Positions 34,660 through 40,573 of a stretch of 40,573 bases of DNA are shown here, piece after piece; position 1 is the first letter of the stretch; the number at the start of each line of letters is the position of its first letter. Where the stretch lies: positions 1-40,573 of the forward strand of contig NKIB01014788.1 in NCBI GenBank assembly GCA_002256025.1, given 5' to 3'. The notes under the pieces are model-generated. The model searched no databases, had not been told where the DNA came from, and worked only from the letters and a program-made list of their open reading frames with translations. Both the position numbers and the translations under genes were made by a program. This DNA is from Asterionella formosa. Taxonomy: Eukaryota.

Positions 34660-36598
34660 ATGATCCAGAAGTGTGCTACGCTGGTGTTGTTGGCGTTGGT
34701 TCACACGCCGGCGGTGATCGCCAACAATCTGATGCAGGTCGATACATTTGAGCTTTCTGATCTCCTTTCTGGACAGCGCTTGCACGACTTGTCCACGACG
34801 TTGAGTACGACTGGTCTGTTGGCCATTCGATCTAGTCACTTTCGTTTCGACGCCTTGAAATTGGTTTGTCGTCGTCAGCAGAATCTCCTGGCTTACAAAG
34901 GGGACGCTACGACGAGCGTTCTATTGCAAGATGGCGTCACCACTCGCACTACTTGGGCCACAGCTACTGTCGGAACTACCCCTTTGCCACTTGGCACAGA
35001 AGCAGAGGAGCTTGACGCCTTGCGTGACCAGGTGGCTTTGGCGTCGAATGCATTCGTCAAGGCGTTGGATCGACTGTTGTCAATTGCAGACAAGGATGAT
35101 GTTGACACGCCGTTGCTACGAACGGACCGTGGTGTTCAGTATTCGTCAATTGAATCCATTGTGAAGGCGTCGGTTCACTTGGAACACTTCCACCTCTATG
35201 AAAAGGGAGACACAACATCAAATGAGGAGACTTTGGAATGGCACACTGATGCTGGACTCTTTCTAGCCTTCGTTCCAGCGTGCAATTGTCGCGGTGGAGA
35301 GGAGCATGACTCATCCCTTTGGGTTGACAATAGCCCTGTTGTGTTTCCTCCCAACACGATTGCCATTATGTTGGGTACAGGAGCTGAAAATTGGCTTCAG
35401 ACGCACCTAACACTTCGAGCGACTCGACATGCTGTCAAGATGAACGCTGGAGATCTCAGAGCATGGTACGGCATGAGTAAGTCATTCAAGTCGTGACTAT
35501 ATCGTATTGCGTTTCTTAGCTCAACAATTTTTTTCATCACTGACTTGTTTCAAACTTCATGTATACACAGTGCATCTGGTTCCTGATAGTGCTATCATTC
35601 AAGCGAACCCCACACGTACCTTGGGAGAGATGCGCCACTCCATGGCTCATGGCGATTCGCCAGACATTGGCTGTGGAACTGCCCCCATCCCAACTACCTC
35701 GATTCATGAATCGACTGTGGTGGTAGCAAGACGCCGACTCTCCATGGTGGCGGATGCCAGTTACTGCAACAACTCAACCAACTTGTTCTGTTGGATGAGT
35801 TGTCTTGATATACCAAATGCCAGCCAAGCTGCGAACTATGTGGCAAATGGCAAATCTCTCTATTGTTTGGATCCTTCAATCCTTGATGCCGGAAGCGGTG
35901 TGGCAGCAGCTGAAGCTCCCTGTGCAAATAGTGCCATGAATCCCTCTTGTGTGGGAAGCTGGCAAACCACAGTGGATGGTGTCTCTGCTGTGACGTTGGT
36001 CAGGGGGGACACTAGCAACTCCACTAGCAACTCCACCAGCAACTCCACCAGCAACTCCAATAGCAACTCCATAAGTAACTCCAATAGCAATAGCAATAAC
36101 AATGCTCAATTTTGCTCCGGAGGAATATCCATGTACATGGATGGCTTCAATTGGCTCGGTTCTGTCTGCGTCATCTTCCTCTTCCCCTCGTGGGTGTTGA
36201 GCACTCCAGGAAAATTGGCAGGGGCGTGCATTGGAACAATTGTCCTTTGTATTCTTCTTGAACTTTTGATTCATGGCCGTCGTCAATATATTGGAGGCAC
36301 CATGTCGGCTGGCTACAAGCGCCTCGTTGCATCCGCACTTTCCTATGGCCTTCAGTTGACCATTGGATACTTTATCATGTTGATCATCATGACATACTCT
36401 GGCCCACTTTTTGTAAGTGTGGTAGTGGGGCTTATTGGTGGACATGTCTTGTTCAATGCCCAAGACGCAGTGTTTGGAGCCAAGACGACGAGTGATACCA
36501 CTAATAGCAGTAAGGATACCGACTCGGAGGAAGGTGATGTCCTCATTCCTGAGGGAGCAACTCCTTGCTGCCTTAATATATCGTCGTCTCCTGCATGA
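34660..36598 (+). CDS. Signal peptide + 2OG-Fe(II) oxygenase-like domain + Cys-rich linker + Ctr (SLC31) copper transporter, 2 exons (34660-35476, 35571-36598), ~614 aa
   Basis: 94-bp GTAAGT...CACAG intron in frame. Oxygenase-like motifs WHTDAG, TRHAV and R(AWYG). Ctr motifs MYMDGF, IFLFPSW, MLIIM (MxxxM), GLIGG (GxxxG) and C-terminal PCC. ATG 34654 is an alternative start. Confidence 0.85.
36013..36103 (+). repeat. Coding 12-bp minisatellite (Ser-Asn-Ser-Thr)n
   Basis: AGCAACTCCACY units decay into SN dipeptide repeats. Confidence 0.9.
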
Positions 36599-37200
36599 TT
36601 CACAAGCAGCTGATGCTGTGGATTGATTCATGTTGTAAACACCGGTAAATGCTAATTTCAAAAATTAAATATATTTATATGATATACCCGGTATTCTGGT
36701 ATTCCTTACATTTCATTTACCATGATTAGGAGGGGAGTGATGATACTCGGTGGTGTGAAGAATAGTTTTTTCGTTTGTTGGTTGTGATAGTTCTCCTATA
36801 GTAGTCCCTCAACTTCGAACACTATTTGTTTATGCATTCATCATTGCTGTGCAAAAAGGCAAATACCTGGATTGACCAAAATAAAGGATCTCCTTCTAAA
36901 CTCTACTTTTCAAATGATTTTTCCACCTCGATTTAAATAAAGTAGAACCAAAACTGTAAACTATACCTGGCGTGTTGCCCTATTTTAATTGCCAGTTTCT
37001 CTTCAAATCAAGACCCGACCTGCAGTTTATACCATGTCATCATTTTGATCATAACTTGACTCTTAAAAAATTTACCAACATTTTAATTCCTAATTGAATT
37101 CAAAGGAGTGATAGTGAACATGCTCAACCACTGCTGTACCATAAAACGCCGCACAACTTTCTCGTTCCAGATGTATTGAATTTATTCTTCCAAAAATAGA

Positions 37201-37989
37201 TTACCTCATTTTGTAATATCCCTCCACATGCTTGTCCACCTCCTTTTTATAATTCGGCCCATGCTGACGCACTTCTCCATCTCCGTGGAAGTTCAATGGA
37301 CGCCTATAGTGACTAGTGCCAGAGAGGGGTCGTTCCCAGTGCTTGCATGCCGATCGTTCGTCCTTGACCATGGAAGCGATCTTCTGTGGAAGGAAGTTGT
37401 CTTGATATTGCGCCTCATCCTGTCTTGGCATGCGGTATTGAGGTTCCCTGACCAAATAGTTCCACCCCCGTTTCTTGGCAAAGTAGACAGCATCCGAAGC
37501 GGTCCTAAAGTTCATCTGGAGCCCAATGCCAGAATATGGGTCCGCTCCACTGACCCATCCCATTAATGGATTGATCCATTGATTGGCCGCTTCTCCGTTG
37601 GCTTCAAACGAGATTGTCCACACTTGTTCATGAACTGTCGGAGATTGCGAGGCACGTGCCGCCAGTTGCGTAATCACCACGGTTCGCTGTGTTCCATCAT
37701 GCATAATGTTATCGCGCTTTCCCGCAATATCCAATGCCGCAATTTCAGCAGGATTGTCTGGCAAGACGGGTTCTTCCATCTCTGTCAAGGCCCCAGTTAC
37801 CATGTAGGGGTCCAATTTGGTCATGGCTTCCACCCTGCGTTGTGTCGCTGATTTGCTAGCTTCGATTTCATTCCGAGCTTCTTCGTCTTTCTGATTGATC
37901 AAGGCAATATCTGAGATGCTGCGGATGTTGGTGCTGGTGCTGGTTCGGAGGAGGAGGAGAGTGCGGAGAAGAGGGCGAGCAGTCAACAT
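37201..37989 (-). CDS. NDUFS4: Mitochondrial complex I accessory subunit NDUFS4 (18-kDa family), 262 aa
   Basis: R/L/S/T-rich presequence, W.NPLMGW.S.ADP, F.T..DAV.FA.KRGW.Y and Y.DNF. Confidence 0.92.
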   Translation of the reverse strand: MLTARPLLRTLLLLRTSTSTNIRSISDIALINQKDEEARNEIEASKSATQRRVEAMTKLDPYMVTGALTEMEEPVLPDNPAEIAALDIAGKRDNIMHDGTQRTVVITQLAARASQSPTVHEQVWTISFEANGEAANQWINPLMGWVSGADPYSGIGLQMNFRTASDAVYFAKKRGWNYLVREPQYRMPRQDEAQYQDNFLPQKIASMVKDERSACKHWERPLSGTSHYRRPLNFHGDGEVRQHGPNYKKEVDKHVEGYYKMR

Positions 37990-38010
37990 CGTGGAAGTGG
38001 ATACATAACA

Positions 38011-38391
38011 NNNNNNNNNNNNNNNNNNNNNNNNNNNNNNNNNNNNNNNNNNNNNNNNNNNNNNNNNNNNNNNNNNNNNNNNNNNNNNNNNNNNNNNNNN
38101 NNNNNNNNNNNNNNNNNNNNNNNNNNNNNNNNNNNNNNNNNNNNNNNNNNNNNNNNNNNNNNNNNNNNNNNNNNNNNNNNNNNNNNNNNNNNNNNNNNNN
38201 NNNNNNNNNNNNNNNNNNNNNNNNNNNNNNNNNNNNNNNNNNNNNNNNNNNNNNNNNNNNNNNNNNNNNNNNNNNNNNNNNNNNNNNNNNNNNNNNNNNN
38301 NNNNNNNNNNNNNNNNNNNNNNNNNNNNNNNNNNNNNNNNNNNNNNNNNNNNNNNNNNNNNNNNNNNNNNNNNNNNNNNNNNNNNNNNNNN
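38011..38391. other. Assembly gap (381 N)
   Basis: Run of n characters. Confidence 1.
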
Positions 38392-38709
38392 CTACTACCT
38401 GGTACTCCCCCAGGCAGTAGAATGCTGGTAGATTTCTATTTGGTGTGCGTTTCCCTTGATTCAGGACCTGGTACAGCGGAGACGAAGCACGAAAAATCCT
38501 CGAGGAATGCTGAGGATGAGGATTGACTTGCAATAATATTTTTTTTATATATGCATTTTATATTCCTACAGGGACACCTTCTGTTTTGCTTTTGCTCTTA
38601 TCAGACAGTTGAAAGCCAGCCTTCATAGATACCACTACTGCTTGAACCCGTGTGTGCCAAGCAACTATTCTGTAGACCTACCTCGCACGACCTACCTCTG
38701 CCTACCACC

Positions 38710-39312
38710 ATGATCCAGTGCATTCAACTTTCTCGACGTGGCCTTGCGACCGGCACACGGATCTCAACAACGCCATTGCTGTTTGCACGTCTCACAGCAG
38801 CTCGTATTCGTAGTAGTCCGTCAATGACAGTCCGACAGTACAACTATGTCACCAACCCCATGACTCCTCAAGAAGAACAAGACGAAAAGGACCGCGTCGC
38901 ATCACTCACTCCCTTTCAAAAAGAAATGGAACTCCGCAGTTTGGATCAACAACTTGCCAAACTACACATGCTTCGCGGCATTGCCACAGGAGAGCTGTAC
39001 ACGTGGCGAGGCAAATTCAAAGCTCTGGCACGAGACTATGGTATGCCCTTTATGATGTGGTATTGGACATGCTGGGTGGCCACGGCTGGCATGACCTATG
39101 GGGCGATAGAACTTGGGGGTTGGGATGCCATGGCATTGATTGCGCAATTGGATAACCTCACCGGCTTTCATTTGGTAGACAAGGTAGATCCCACAGTTGG
39201 AACCATTGGTGTGACACTGGTGGTGAATGAAATGCTGGAGCCATTGAGATTGCCCATTGTTATCATGACCACCAAGCCTGTGGTGCATTTCTTGAGTCCG
39301 CCTAAATATTAA
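38710..39312 (+). CDS. DUF1279/FAM210-like membrane protein, probably mitochondrial, 200 aa
   Basis: Presequence-like N-terminus, KFKALARDYG, a hydrophobic helix, and NEMLEPLRLPIVI..TKPV. Confidence 0.8.
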   Translation: MIQCIQLSRRGLATGTRISTTPLLFARLTAARIRSSPSMTVRQYNYVTNPMTPQEEQDEKDRVASLTPFQKEMELRSLDQQLAKLHMLRGIATGELYTWRGKFKALARDYGMPFMMWYWTCWVATAGMTYGAIELGGWDAMALIAQLDNLTGFHLVDKVDPTVGTIGVTLVVNEMLEPLRLPIVIMTTKPVVHFLSPPKY

Positions 39313-39464
39313 ACCTAATGTGGTGGCTGGACTTATTCATAAAGGATAGTAAGTTTACCCGGTAGTGCACTTTGCTGGTTTCATCATCATCTATACTGCA
39401 GTAGCAAGTAGTTCAGGACAAGTAATATCATAACTGCATAACATAACTATACTACATACCAGTA

Positions 39465-39902
39465 TCAATTTGGTTCCTTGGAAAGAATGGCCTTTATGTC
39501 CATGTCCGTCCACGATTCTTTCCCATTCATCATTGCATTCGCTTCGTCCATCGTGATTGTTTCTCCTGCCACTTTCGCCAAATCCACGAGTCCCTGTGCT
39601 GTCATTAGCGGCGGCACTAAAAAGTCATCTCCTCCTCCTTGGTGTTCCGTTTGAGACATAAGTATATCCAAAACTACATCTACTGTAATGTTCTCAGCTA
39701 CCCCCAGCATGGCAGTCAATTCTTCAATGGATATTTTGCCATATCCCAATCCCAACCAAAGAGTTTGAAAGGTCCTTACATCAATAATTCCAATTTTATC
39801 GTCGTCCAATACATCAAAGGAGGATCGAATGGTATGTTCTTCATGTTCTTTACTATGACTACTGCTCGTTCGCTTTCCACATTGTTGTTGTTGTTGTGGC
39901 AT
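39465..39902 (-). CDS. Divergent EF-hand (centrin/calmodulin-like) protein, 145 aa
   Basis: IRSSFDVLDDDKIGIID (EF-hand), LGY, and L..AK.AGETITMDEANAMM resembling the centrin C-lobe. Confidence 0.7.
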   Translation of the reverse strand: MPQQQQQCGKRTSSSHSKEHEEHTIRSSFDVLDDDKIGIIDVRTFQTLWLGLGYGKISIEELTAMLGVAENITVDVVLDILMSQTEHQGGGDDFLVPPLMTAQGLVDLAKVAGETITMDEANAMMNGKESWTDMDIKAILSKEPN

Positions 39903-40573
39903 TGCAGATGATGAACGATTGTAAATATTTATATTTTATACTTCACTCGAACTATAAAATAAAATTGGATGATGCTGTCCATTTGATGAGGATACATTTG
40001 TTTTTGCTTCTTGCTTTCTCGTCGTCTCGTTTTGGTACCAGGTACCAGGTACCACAGGTACTCACAGCCCGGCACGTCGTATCAGTCGTTGTCGTCGTAT
40101 ACCGGTAGTAAGTAGAAATAGTATCACCTAACAATTTATATGCAGCAGGCGCCAGCGGTCGACACATACCCGGTATTCCAGATTCCAGATGATTTCATAT
40201 GTACAATGCCTCTGCCTGGTAGAATATCATATACCAGGTCGTTAACATATTAAATTATGAAATACCATCATGCTTTGCTGCAGATAAGTCCACTCTGCAA
40301 AAACAGTCATAGCTTCAATTCCCATTACACTAACGATGTCATCCATGTCAAAAGTCTTCAAGATGATGATAATCCCTTGTAAAAAATCATCTTAATCTCC
40401 TCGCCAAGCTCAACATTCAAGCAGGTGCTCTCACTCATAAAGCCTATATAAAGTCTGCCCTTTTGACACTACTCATTACTTTTCACCTACAGGAGTCAAT
40501 GCCACTCTGCTGCTCTCTGGCCATCCAGTTACCTCTCAACTGGTTGCAACCACAATGACTGCATATTACACCA

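Noticed and set aside
35876..36661. 261-aa minus-strand ORF
   Set aside because: Antisense shadow of the Ctr fusion exon and its repeat.
37868..38533. 221-aa ORF
   Set aside because: Artefact of reading through the N gap.

Overview
Eukaryotic nuclear DNA, almost certainly a diatom or other photosynthetic stramenopile (bZIP-LOV aureochrome; short 82-99 bp GT-AG introns). The first ~25 kb is transposon-rich: an open PIF/Harbinger transposase ORF, two inverted copies of a tRNA-headed SINE-like element, copia RNase H debris, DUF6818-like and other degenerate TE fragments, and several tandem arrays. Four host genes are scattered in it. From 25.6 kb the region is gene-dense: an unknown protein, a polysaccharide pyruvyl transferase, AUREO2, a coiled-coil/zinc-finger protein, a 2OG-Fe(II) oxygenase-like::Ctr copper transporter fusion, NDUFS4, a FAM210/DUF1279-like protein and an EF-hand protein. 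Main findings: (1) dozens of TA-CC-N(0-3)-GG-TA motifs cluster upstream of genes; in two repeat pairs the motif is a clean CCGGTA insertion at a TA, as expected for Tc1/mariner-type excision footprints; (2) the oxygenase-Ctr fusion with an internal RRL site; (3) the tRNA-derived repeat family; (4) two paralogous unknown genes sharing an unrecognised ~45-aa domain. All family calls come from motif recognition by eye, with no database search.
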